Source of the DNA: Camelus ferus
Taxonomy: Eukaryota
Length of the DNA stretch: 64,000 bases
Assembly: GCF_009834535.1 (NCBI RefSeq)
Contig: NC_045697.1
Location: 12,898,001-12,962,000, forward strand
Direction: 5' to 3'
Shown: positions 37,044-48,800 of the stretch, piece after piece
Numbering within the stretch: the stretch's first letter is position 1
How the letters are laid out: every line of letters begins with the position of its first letter
Made by a program: the position numbers and the translations under genes
The notes under the pieces: model-generated
Told to the model about the DNA's origin: nothing
What the model saw: only the letters and a program-made list of their open reading frames with translations
Database searches by the model: none

Positions 37044-38764
37044 GTAACCAATAATTATTGTACTCACATAACTAAAATATATACTACATATAATAATAAT
37101 AACAATACATATGCTTATAAGAATACTTCTTTTCCTACTCCTCGATTGGAGACTAATGCAGAACTTCATTTTGGAACAGCCCAGAAAGTGTGATTTCAAG
37201 TTCTGTTAGTATTTCCCCAATTGTATACTAGAAATGATAATATTTGTCTTATTTTTTCTTTTTCCCCCTAAAAATCATTATGTTATTGTGTATGGAAATG
37301 GCTTGCAAACAGAAAGCTCTAAGAGATAAAAAGAGATTATTGAGTGATAAAATCCATAGGTATCTATTGAACCACATACTATATTGCCTGGGCTGTACTT
37401 TTTTGATCATAATCTACATAGTCAGATCATCTGCTCTAATGGAAGTGACAAAAACAATAAAGAAAAAATAAACTGAATGCATATTGGATATATCTATGAG
37501 CAGGTACTACATGGCCAGCAGTGTCTGAAGTCCTAGGCTGATTCTTAAATTAAGGAATCTGGCATTTTTAATAAGACTTATTCTGAATATACTTAGAGAC
37601 TCTTCATCACCCTTATATCACGGAGAGTTGGGGAATACTTTCAAAGACAAGATTTTCTGAAATGATGACTTGTTTGTAATTTGTTCTATTTAAGAGGAAG
37701 AAGCAAGGGCTGGTTAATCTGAATCATCACTTTGCTCTATGCCTGACATGGAACCACAAGAACCTTGCAAAGCATGAGTTTTTCACCTTCCCCACCCCTC
37801 CCAGCCTCTCAGCATGCTCTGTCAATTTTGCTACATAAATAAACTTAGCAAAGTATGTCATTTCTGGGAAAGGTTGTTATCCGAGATGGAGAAAAAAAAA
37901 AATGTCCGCCAAACTAGGGACAAAAATCTCGTAGCTTCTAGTCCCAGATTTATGGTCTAGAATCACTACCAAAAACTATTTCATCTGTATTAGCAAGACT
38001 TTCTATCCCTGGAGGTAGACGGGTACAATGAATATTTATTATGGCCCAGGGTCTTGTTCTCATTTTTTATGGCTGCTTGCTTTTGTTCCTCTTATGTAAC
38101 AGGGAAAGTTTTCTGGAACAGACAGCCAGGCCAGGACACTGCATGTATGGTGGGCTCTTAAGACCTATTTGTTGAACTGGATGCATTTCCTTGTTATCAA
38201 AACTTCAGATAAAATCCTGGATTTACTTGTTTATTAACCTTGTAACCTTGTACCATTTATTTTTATTCTCGAAATCTCATCTGACAAATGCGCATAGTAA
38301 TAGTTACCCAGGTTGATACACAGATTAAATAAGTAAGTAAGTATAAAATAATATTCATGAGGTGGATGACCTGGTTCTGGAACATATTAGTTACTCCCTT
38401 TATGTTATTTATCCTATCCTATCCCCCTCTACTTTAAAAAGAGAACTAAAAAATCTATTGCCATTTCTGTTAAATCATCTTATTTAAGAAACTCTCATGA
38501 GTCAAAGGTAAATTTCACAAAATTAAAAGATGGGGGCAGTTTTTCACCTCTAAGATCTGTAGATAATTCGGAACAAGAATGAGTTACTTTTCCTTTCTAT
38601 GACATGGATACTTGCCTCACTGAAGAGTTGGTATTTTCAGAAGGCTTGCCACTTTTCCAAGGTACTTTTCCATAGAATATCTTATTTGGTTCTCACGGTA
38701 AAACTTGGGGGACAGAGCCATTATCAGTCCATTTTTTAAAATTTGAAGATAATAAATATAAGTA

Positions 38765-39009
38765 AACACTCACTTACCCCCTCAAACCTGTTCCTCCCCA
38801 GCCTTTACTGTTTCAATTGATCATAATTTTGTAATTAATCAGAGCTACCATCCAGGAGGTGTCTTTCCCTATTTCTTCTTTCTCACATCCAATACCTCTG
38901 CCAGTTCCATGGCTCCTGCTTCTAAAATATATTCTAAATTCATCAATTTTTCACCATTGCACTTTGACGCCCTTAATCATTGCCACCACTGTGTGTTATC
39001 TTGTACAGT
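38765..39009 (+). mobile_element. L2 internal fragment
   Basis: CCCCTCAAACCTGTTCCTCCCCAG...CTTCTAAAATATATTCTAAATTCATC..., typical of the L2 body. Confidence 0.6.
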
Positions 39010-40036
39010 TGTGATAAGATAAATATGGAAAAAATTAACTCAAATGTTTAAAATCGATGTAAGTTATTTTTATTATTGAGGTTCCGATAAATAATACTCT
39101 TTCTCCACCTAAATTCTTCCCTAGTAGGAGGAAAGATGAAAGAATTTGGCAGACAGAGATAAAAGTATCATCTTTATCACTTCCATGAATGCAGTTCAAC
39201 TCTTCAGTTCTTCATTAGTGAAATGTGTGACCCTTCGATGGATGAATTCATGTCTTGAGTCTGTGAATTCTCTCTTATTCCATCCATAAATAAGCCTGGG
39301 TGTTCTAAATTGGCCTCACCATTTGATTATCCCTTAAGCATGAACGACCAGGTTAGAGTTATTCTACTTTATCCTAATTGGAGGGCTGAGAGCAAATTTA
39401 ACTGCCAAACCAAGACAATGCCTACCAGGCTTCCTTTGGGTCTCTTTGCCTTTTCCCAGATTGAAACTTGCAGCACAGCATCCCTGTCCCACCCAAGGAA
39501 GCTGCTTTTCTCTCCTGTCGGCTATGTGGATGACTTACAGTCAGACGTGCCAGAGAGCTTTTCAGCTTTACACTTTTTCACCTTAGCGTTATCTTACGTG
39601 TAATGTCTAATCTATGCCTCACTGGCTTTTGTAGAGGTCAAGCCATGCTCTTGTAGTTCAAGATCAAGCTGTACCTTTACACAGTCATGGCCAACATGGA
39701 CTGACTGCTCAATAAGGTAGAGCTGTCCCAGTTTGCTGAGGTCCTTGCAAGAATTGTTTGCTAAAGGTCTGTATTCTCTATGAGCTATGCCTGCTAAAAA
39801 TAGCCCTACCTCTATCAATGAAGCCACTTGCCTGTGAACGAAGCTGCCATAAACCATAATGATCCACCAAGGACAAAATTCTACTTAGGCCACACTTAAC
39901 TAAAGCCTTAAGAATAAAGCTGTCAGATGATCTCTCCCTCCCCCGCCTTCCCTCTCTCTCTCTCCCTGTCTCTCTCTCGGGCATTTTGTTCTTCAAAGCT
40001 ACTTCTTGACTTTTATCAAGTTTCCTAACTATCACA
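39010..40036 (+). mobile_element. Putative ancient solo LTR, family not identified
   Basis: Inverted termini TGTGATA (39010) ... TATCACA (40036); AATAAA at about 39913 followed by a pyrimidine-rich U5-like tract; begins where the L2 fragment stops. No TSD seen. Confidence 0.45.
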
Positions 40037-41464
40037 AGCATATATTAGAGTTTGGGAGAACTTAAATAACTTTTCTTCCTAGCCTTAGTCCAAAGCAAAA
40101 TGAAATCCAGGAGACAGAGAGACGGTAAATCAGAGTATCTGCTTTATTGGCATTAAGGTAAATGTAGACCCTGGTTATGCCCCTAGGGAAGGGAGATTGC
40201 TATTACTTTACTCTTAAAATGAGCAGACAAATCCGCCTTGACACAGGCAGTACTGCTTGACTGAAGACTTCACGCAAAATGGCAGAGTCCACCCGCTGAG
40301 TTATTTGCTCCATGGAAGAGCAGAATGCAGTTCTATGTGAGCAGAAAGACCCCAAAGGGAACAGAGGAGGAGACTGAGAAAGCAATGCTCACCTTCTGTT
40401 CCTATCAACACCAGTCAGCTGGCTGACTCTCCCAGCACCGGGAGGAATAAGGGCAGTGGGTGGGGACAGAGCCAAGACAGCTTGTTTGGCTGAAGTTTCT
40501 CTACCTGGAAGAATGAGGAGTGGAGAATTACTGTTCTTCTACCAAAAAATATCATCATGATTCTGAATTTCATTTAATAAGTGAAGAGATAAGCACTGAG
40601 AACTTAAATGATCTGAAGGAACTAATGTTCATTAATTACATGCTAATACCAAAGAGAGAAAGAGATGCTCTTATAAATATGCAGCTGGTATAATTTTTCA
40701 TTCCACTTATTTGATGGCAATAATGATGATTATAATATGATGGTTGCTTAGGATAATGAACAGAACCTTCCCTAGGAAGTATTATCTTTTTGAGATGCTT
40801 GGTGCCTATTTTGGACCAATGCTTCTAAATGTGTGGTAGTAAGGAATATTGTCACACATCAGAATGAGGGGAAGGAGAGGGCTCTTTTCAGACTAAATTA
40901 CTCGGATAAAGATTCTGATACCCAACTTCACCATCTCTACTAGAAAAATCTCTTCTCAAGCGGGCTACAGAGTAATAGTTTTCAAGATCAGCATGTTTTA
41001 AACCTCAGGTCACTGAGCCTGAAAAGAACTGAAGACTGCTGCTTTGGAATCATGTTAATTTCCCATCATCATGCCCATTTGTGGCCCCTCCAGACCCTCC
41101 ATTGGCCTGATGCTCGGACCCTTTGCTCAGTATCTTATCATTACCTTCCAGCTACCCAAGCTGTTGCTTCTTGTGAATCTTTCCTCCCATACCATTCCAT
41201 CTTCTCTCCTCACCCTACATGAGGATACTCTTCTCAACCTATTAGGAAAGGTACCTACATGTAAAGCTTATCAGAGCAAGGCTTTCAAGTGAGCCACTCT
41301 TTCATACACCCGTTTAATCCTAAAATAATTGTGGGCATCTCCATGTGCCAGACCCTGCATAAGAGCTCAAGTTACCAATGTTGGGAAGCCACAAGAATGG
41401 CTATGAGGGATGTTAGGTTGCTGCTGGAGCTGAATTTCTCAAAGTACTCTATTTACAACTTCAC

Positions 41465-41603
41465 TACCTAACGTGTGGTTCTGGGACATCGTGTTAGAGA
41501 TGCCGAAACTTAGACCCCCACACCTGACCTATTGAATCAAAAATCTTTATTTCAACAAGAAACATAGTTTTTGGGTATATGAATTAAACTTTAGGAAGTA
41601 CTG
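41465..41603. mobile_element. MER5-like hAT MITE
   Basis: GTGTGGTTCTGGGAC...GTTAGAGATGC...GACCTATTGAATCAAAAATCT...TTAGGAAGTACTG. Confidence 0.7.
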
Positions 41604-41632
41604 CTTTGAAACACATTCTGTAATATGTCCTG

Positions 41633-41994
41633 CGTCTTAGTCTGCTTTGCTCCTATAACAAAATGTCATGGACTAGAGAGTTTAAACAACGGACATTTAT
41701 TCCTCACCATTCTGGAGGCTGGGAAGTCCCAGATCAGGGTGCCAGCAGGCTTGGTTTCTGATGAGAACCCTCTTCTTCTCTTGCCTTTTTGCTGTATCCT
41801 CACATGGTGGGGAGAAGGAAAGCATACTCTGGTCTCTAGTTTATAAGGGCACTAATCCCATAAAGAGGACCCCACCCTCATTACTTCGTCTAAATCCAAT
41901 TTCCTCTCAAAGGCCTCATCTTTTAATAGTCTCACATCAGGAGTAAGAGCTTCAACATATTAATATTGAGGTCACAAACATTTTGTCCATAACA
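41633..41994 (-). mobile_element. MLT1A-like solo LTR
   Basis: GTCTTAGTCTGCTTTGCTCCTATAACAAAAT...TTCTGGAGGCTGGGAAGTCCCAGATCAGGGTGCCAGCA...TATAAGGGCACTAATCCCAT...GTCCATAACA. Confidence 0.9.
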
Positions 41995-42329
41995 TTCTAC
42001 TATTACAAATATTTCATATTCTATTCAAATTCAAAAATTTTGAGTTAAGTGATGTTAAACAGCTTTTTGTATTGGATAACTTGCCAGAGGCTTTATATGG
42101 TAGTCTGCCATTTTTATCTCCAAGAAGCACATATAGAGCATTGGGTTTCCAAAATTTTTGACCAGGGAGCCACATTTAATCTAAAATATTTAATGAACTA
42201 GGGTTTTAGAGAATGTCTTTTGAAAAACTTGGGGTTGCATAATTTTTTTTCTCCTTTTCTTTTTTAAATTTCATACTTCCAGAAAAGTTTTCATCTCATT
42301 AATTTTATGCTCTGTTGTAACAAACTCTT

Positions 42330-42725
42330 CTCTACAGCATACGTTCTTCTAGTAATAGAAATCATGTCTAGTATTTAAAACCACCACCTCCTGTCTTAGT
42401 CCATGTGTTGGGTAGGATTAACCCAAAGCCTAGGTATGGGTGAGCATGTGACTCAGGACTGGCTAACCAATCACCATGATTTTTGCTCAAGGATAGGTAT
42501 ATCAACGATGCTGGGCCAGTGAACTTAGTTGAAGGACGACATTAGTTGAGACAGTGGGGGGAGGGCTGGGCCATGAGGGAGAGAGATCATGAGATAACTC
42601 CCGTTTTGAGATCATGAGACAACTCATACGGAATCATGTGAGCATGCTGATTGCAATCTGGACTTCCACTGTTTTAAATTTAAATTATTTAGAGTTAGGA
42701 TTCTATTGTTTTCAACAAGTAAGAT
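42330..42725 (+). mobile_element. Old MLT1 (J/K-like) LTR remnant
   Basis: GAGCATGTGACTCAGGACTGGCTAACCAATCA...TTTAGAGTTAGGATTCTATTGTTTTCAAC. Confidence 0.55.
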
Positions 42726-42966
42726 CCCCTTTTCATGCATACAATATCGGGGCAGCTATTGAGTCTTTTCAAAGGTGTTGTGCCGTGGATGGCAGGTAGC
42801 GAAGACATGTGGGGCAGGCTCTCTCGTCGGCCAGTGCCCCTCAAGTGTGTGATGAAGCTGCTGGGGTTGGGACCCATCTTGGGAAAAGGGTTTACTAATC
42901 ATGGTCACTGTCAGGGGTCACTAGTGCTCTCGAGAAAAGCATCTGGTATCCCCGAAAACCTCTTTA

Positions 42967-43140
42967 AAAGTGGTTGCCAAATCTGGCTGCTTCTCAGAAT
43001 CATCTGGAAACCTTGCTGAACGTATAGAATTCTGGACCAATAAAGAGTTACACATCAGAGTTCCTGGAGCAGGATCTACGAAGATGTACCTGAAACCACA
43101 TCTCGCCTTGTAATTCCTACTGCAGCCAGCTTGGCATTTG
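42967..43140. mobile_element. MER5-related hAT MITE remnant
   Basis: AGTGGTTGCCAAATCTGGCTGCTTCTCAGAATCATCTGGAAACCTTG. Confidence 0.55.
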
Positions 43141-43425
43141 TTGATGGATGATACTAAAAGACCCCTACCTTCGAGGATCTTTGGCTCCTATCCGGCTTTG
43201 AGTGTTCTCTGGCTGAGAATCAATTCTTTTCCAAAGTGGCCACAAATAAAGCCCTCTACCTAGTAAGCAACAATCCTTGGGAGTTAAACATTAGAACCCT
43301 GTATTAAATCCACTCAGAGTATTTTTTTTCCCCTATTTTGGAGAGATCAGCCATACTTACCATCTCAGTGTCTTGTGTCAGAACTTCAAAATGTTTTACA
43401 TGCATTATCTCACTTGATCCTCTTG

Positions 43426-43610
43426 TAGACCCTCCCAATAGAATAAATAATGCTCAGTTAAATTTGAATTTCAATTAATTAGTGTGGTTTTAGTATAAAT
43501 ATGTCCCAAATATTGAATGGGGCATGTGCTAACAACGTATTAGTTTTTTATCTGAAATCCGAATTTATCTGGGCTTCCTGTATTCTTATTTGCTAAATCT
43601 GGTAATCCTA
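43426..43610. mobile_element. MER53 palindromic MITE nested in a minus-strand MIR (about 43385-43810)
   Basis: CAGTTAAATTTGAATTTCA...TTTTAGTATAAATATGTCCCAAATATTG...TCTGAAATCCGAATTTATCTGGGCTTCCTGTATT...TTTGCTAAATCTGGTAATCCTA matches the MER53 consensus as I recall it. Confidence 0.88.
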
Positions 43611-44174
43611 CGACCTCACAAACTGGGAAGGAGGCAAGCAAGTATTTGTCTTATTCAATTTTATAGATGAGAAAACTGATATTCTGCAATATCCAAAACT
43701 GATATTCTGCAAACCTGTGACTTTCTCCAAGTCATGCAATCACTGAGCTATAGAGCAGAAACCATACCTTGGTTTTCTAGTTTCTGATCCAGGACTCTAG
43801 CTTTCACTGTTTTAGCTTGAGGGGTAAGTGAAAAATGTTGATATTGTGTTCCTAACTACCATAGTTCATTTCAGCATACATTATTTCAGCATGTTTTGGG
43901 GACAGAGGGATTACCTGACTTTAAATTGATGTTCGAATTACTATAAATATTTTGGGAGAGAAAACTATGCAGTCTTGTAAACTAGGGGATTCACATATAA
44001 TTGGAAGAATGTATATTTCTTTAAATATTGGTTAAATAGGAGCCTCTATGAGTCTAGAGAAAGTCCAGTGAACACAGCATAATCCATAACATGAGTAAGA
44101 ACTAAATGTAAATCTTCATGAAATTAAAGAATAGGAGATTACCTTCCTTGATTCAATTGGGGAACTAGAAATTA

Positions 44175-44443
44175 ATACTATGGTCCAGGGGTTTAAACCT
44201 TTGACTTTGAATTCAAATTATCTGGGTTAAATTTGGATCTAGCTCTCCTACTCTGTGCCCTTCGGCAAGTTGCTTAACTTATTTGTGACTCGGTTTTTCC
44301 CCTGTAAAATGGATCTAATCCTTGTAAACAGCTCATATGGTGGTTATGAGGATTAATTAATTTAAGGCAAGTAAAGTGCTTTACAACAGTGACTGGCAGG
44401 TAGTAAACACTCAATAAACTTAAGCTGCTATGATTATTATTAT
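44175..44443 (+). mobile_element. Near full-length MIR SINE
   Basis: GGCAAGTTGCTTAAC...CTGTAAAATGG...GGTTATGAGGATTAA...GTAAAGTGCTT...TAGTAAACACTCAATAAA...ATTATTATT. Confidence 0.85.
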
Positions 44444-46159
44444 TTTCCTTCTGCAGCTGCTGCTACCGGCGTGTGCCATTGTTATTCCAAGTTTCCTCTT
44501 GCCCCAAATTGCTTTCTTACTGGTTCCATCAACAGCAACAATAAATCACATAACTTCAAACAAAGGTTTGCAGGTTTGCATCAAATGCTCCATCTGTTAG
44601 TAGACTGCAGTTAGTATAAATGGTGAAAGCTTAGAATGGTGCCTAAGCTGTCCAATTCTGCCAAATGCTAAGAATTAAGCTAAATATTTTGCTTAGATTC
44701 CCCTACAATGTAGTATTGTATGATGATCTCTTAGATTTTCAAGGTAGAGATAATTCAGGTCAGGAATCACTTTGAAAACATAAATTTGTCCTAAATCAAC
44801 CTTTATTTCTAATCTTCATTTAATCAGTGGAAGAATGTTGGAAATTAGAAGCAATAAGATATACAGACAATTTGGAGTTAGTGAGTCTGAGCACGTCAGA
44901 CTAAGGTTTAAATCCTTTGGACACGTACTTTAAATGAGTCTGGTTATCATAGCCAACTGCTGCAGTCCAGCATATTTTCCTCCATCTGCCAAGAGTTTGA
45001 GCATTTGGTAGGTCTGTGCCCTTTCTTCAGCTGATTGCACGGCCCCATTGCTGCTGACTTTAAAATATTCAAACCGCTAATGTAATATGCAGCACCTGCA
45101 AATACTGTGAAATATTAGCACAGTGGTAATGAGAATTGACTGCAAGTATAATGACAACAGGTGAAATTATTCATAGCCTGCTCATGTAGCAAACTTAAGA
45201 TATAAACTCAATGAGCATAAATGGAATAAGTTCATGACAAATATGAAAATATCCCAAACTGCTAAAGTAATAAAAGTAAATACAATAAATCTTTCCTACA
45301 AATATAGTAAGGTCCCTAACTGCAAATGTAATAAAACCTATCAACAGCTGCAATGTATTTGGAACATATTATATAGCTTTACAAAGAATTATACCCCCTG
45401 CTGGTATGACTTCAACAATGTCATGCTTTGTCTTTTTCCAGTGAGTCCAAATCTAGCAGACTACACGTTGCCCAGTGTATATTAAATATGACAGAGTGTT
45501 AATACAACCAGGTTTGGATTGAAAATGAAATGCTCAATCCAGATGTGCTCTTTGGCCATTCTGCAAGCAAAGCCAAAGGCTGTGGATCTCCCAGCAGGGG
45601 CTGAAATGCAGCCAGGAAAGCTAAGCACGGGAGGTGAGGAATTGATGAATCACTGGATAACCTTTTTGTTGCTTGGATATGGTATCTGAATCAGGAAAAG
45701 TGAGCAGTATGTGGACCAAGGGGATGGGGGCAGAGGGATTGAAGTGAGAAAGAGACGGGCCGGGGGGGCGGGTGATGACATTCTGTGAAGATTATTCAGG
45801 TGCCAGGCTATTTGCTAGATATTTTGTCTCTTCTTTCCCTTTCTCCTTTTATTTCCTTCTTTCCTCCCACAATTCAGCACATATCTGTTGACTACCTAGT
45901 AGTTTATAGTTACTAATTATATCCAGGGAGAAAAGAGTAAATAAACTCATTGTCCCTGGCCATTTGAGGACCTGAAGTCCTGTGGGAGATTTAGAAAATG
46001 ACAATACTAGTACAGTCACAATATTAATACTAACACAATTCTAATACAAGGCAGATACATCTGTCACTGGGCAAGAAGAGGATCTGGGACAGAAGCCTAA
46101 AGAATACCAACATTTAAGGGATGGGCAGGGTTACTTACACACTTGTAAGGGTCTTCCAG

Positions 46160-48800
46160 GTTTTTTTATACACGTACACATCACTGCTCATCTTGCTTCA
46201 CCCACTTAATAATACAGCAGGATTATTTCTTTAGGTCCACAAAAACAAAACAAACTCATTATTTTTAAATACTACAAAATATTTCATGCACTGAACTCCC
46301 TAAATTAACCAACATTTGGGTTATTTTCAGGGTTTTTTCCTCTCTATTTCTAATTGTTGGTTTGCTGTTTTGCTAGCCCACCCCTCGCCACCATACTACA
46401 ACAGGTATCTCCATACACATTGCTTTGCATGCCGGAGCTTTCATTCTGTAATCTGATCATCGAAAGCGAAAATGTGCAGGCTATGGGATTTTTGTTTCTA
46501 ATAGATATTGTGAGACTTTGCTCCAAAGTGCAGTAGCAATTGAGAGTCTTACCAGAAAACATGTGGCTACCCATTTCCCACATCTGGTCACTAGACTAGA
46601 TTTATTTTACTTTACATTTTTTTTTGTTATTGTTGTGTTACAATTTGAGAGGTAAAATATAGTTTTTCATCATGTCTTCAACTTCCAACTGCCAGTGAGG
46701 CTGATGATTTTGTGTTTATTGGCCATTTGGATTTCTTATTCTGTGGACTGCCTATGCATGTAATTTCCTTACATTTTAATTTTTCATATTTTTTCTTATC
46801 AGAGTATTTTATGTATATTTGAGATAGTAATCGTTTATGTATCATATGAGTTGTAAGTATTTTGTTTTATTTGATTCCATTTGTGAAATTATTTTTTATG
46901 TCCATTTTCCTTTATGATATCTAGATTTCCTCTCACTTCAATGGGTCTGTTCTTTCCTAAAAAAGCTATATGAGAGCTCTTAAATTTTTCTAATATATTG
47001 TTTTATTGTAAAAATTACTTTATGTACGAAGCTATAAAATATATTACATATGAATATCATTATTTATTAATGACTTTATTTGCATGTATTTATATAGCAT
47101 AATTATTTTATATTGATAATTCTATACTAAATTCTTCTGCAAGGAATTTACTTTTTGTTTTGTGTGCTTTGTTTTCTTATGGATGGTTACCCACTTGTGC
47201 TGGCTATGAAATAAACTTCCATTTTGCTGCTTTATTGAACTATAAGTTGTCATAACTTCAACCACACTTTCAGGTGGGTCTATTTTGAACTAGTTTTTCT
47301 GACCAGTTTGTCTATCCCTATTCAGTTGCTATACTATTTTTATTATAATGGGTTTATTATAAATTTTGGTATCCACTTAGGCAAAGTTCTCTTTATTATT
47401 CCTTTTTGTTTTGGTTTATTTTGTTTGCCATATCAGGCATTCAGCTTTTAATATGAATTTCAACATCATCATATTCAGTATTAAAATAATAAGTCAGTAA
47501 TATAATTTTTTTAATTTCTATTTTTTTTGCTTTTTAATAGACTGTATTTTTCACAGCACAATTAAACAGAGGTACATAAATTTCCCAATTTCTAATTTTT
47601 AATTTAGAAATTGTGCATTGTTACTCAAAACATGTCTGATGAAAGTTTTTTTTTCATCTTGACAAATTTAGATTTAAAAGTTTCATTAATTTCTAAAAAT
47701 ACGATAAGGAGATTTTAATCTTTTGTGATCTGTAAAAATTTTTAATAGTACTGGATTATATGTTATTTAAAGATTATATAGAACTCATCTATAAAAAGAA
47801 TCTGGGCTAGTAACTTTATAAATGTTAAAAAATTTCACTAATTCCACTATCTTTTTATAGTTATTTGTCTATTTAAATTTTTTACATCCTTTGGGATCAA
47901 TTTTAATAATTTATAATTGCTAGGTTATCATCCATATTTCTTCCATTATTCCAATTAGTTGCCCAAGCTTTACACACAATTTTTGTCTTTAAATATTTTT
48001 AAACTCTTTTGAATATATGATTATATCTTCTTTCTTACTCATTATTAAAATGTATTTTTGTTTTCTCCTTTTTTCTTAGAATTTTTTCAACATTGCGATC
48101 CTTAAAAAAGTCACACTGTAGAGTTTTAAAAAATCATTTCTACAGTTTACTTCTGCTTTCTATATTTCAGTAATCTCATGTTTTTATAACTAACTTTTCT
48201 TTGATTTAAAAAAAAATAAGTAGACAATAGCTAATAAAGACGTGTGTTTCCTGGGAAATATTGCCATGCAGCAATAGGAATACAGTAGTATTGTCAAGTC
48301 ATACGGTAACTTCACAGCTCTAGTGAGACATTAAAAATTTCTCTCCAGAAAGACTGCATGCTCTAAGTGCAATCAAAATATATCAGCTCTATCTAAATAC
48401 ATCTATTTCACCACACTCTTTGAAGATGTTGAGTATTTCCACTTGCTAATTTTTTGCTATTGTTTGTTCCTTTAATTTGTATGTATATATACACATATGT
48501 GCGTGGATACATATAGCATGTGTGTATAAACAAATCAAATGGTGTGTGTATATATATGTATACACATACACAATGCTTGTTTATTAATAAGGCTGAACAA
48601 TTGCCAAAGTTTCATCTCTCATTTGTCTTATACCTTGTGTGAACTGTCAGCTCCTATAGTCTGCCTACTGGCTACTGAAGTTTGGGAATTAACTTAGTAT
48701 AAAACTTTTTTATCAGTTCTGGTATATTTTGTATTGCAAACTTTGTCACAACAATGACAAACTTTCTTCTACTCTGTCCAAGCAATTAATAAGTGATGCA
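46160..48800 (-). mobile_element. Very old L1 (L1ME/HAL1-like) fragments
   Basis: T-rich antisense L1 motifs (ACATTTGGGTTATTTTCAG, GTGTTTATTGGCCATTTGGATTTCTTATTCTGTG, ATGAATTTCAACATCA); heavily degraded, probably more than one insertion. Confidence 0.7.

Noticed and set aside
45719..45772. G-rich G4-like stretch (also 7231-7265)
   Set aside because: Irregular or long loops and no promoter context; common in mammalian DNA.
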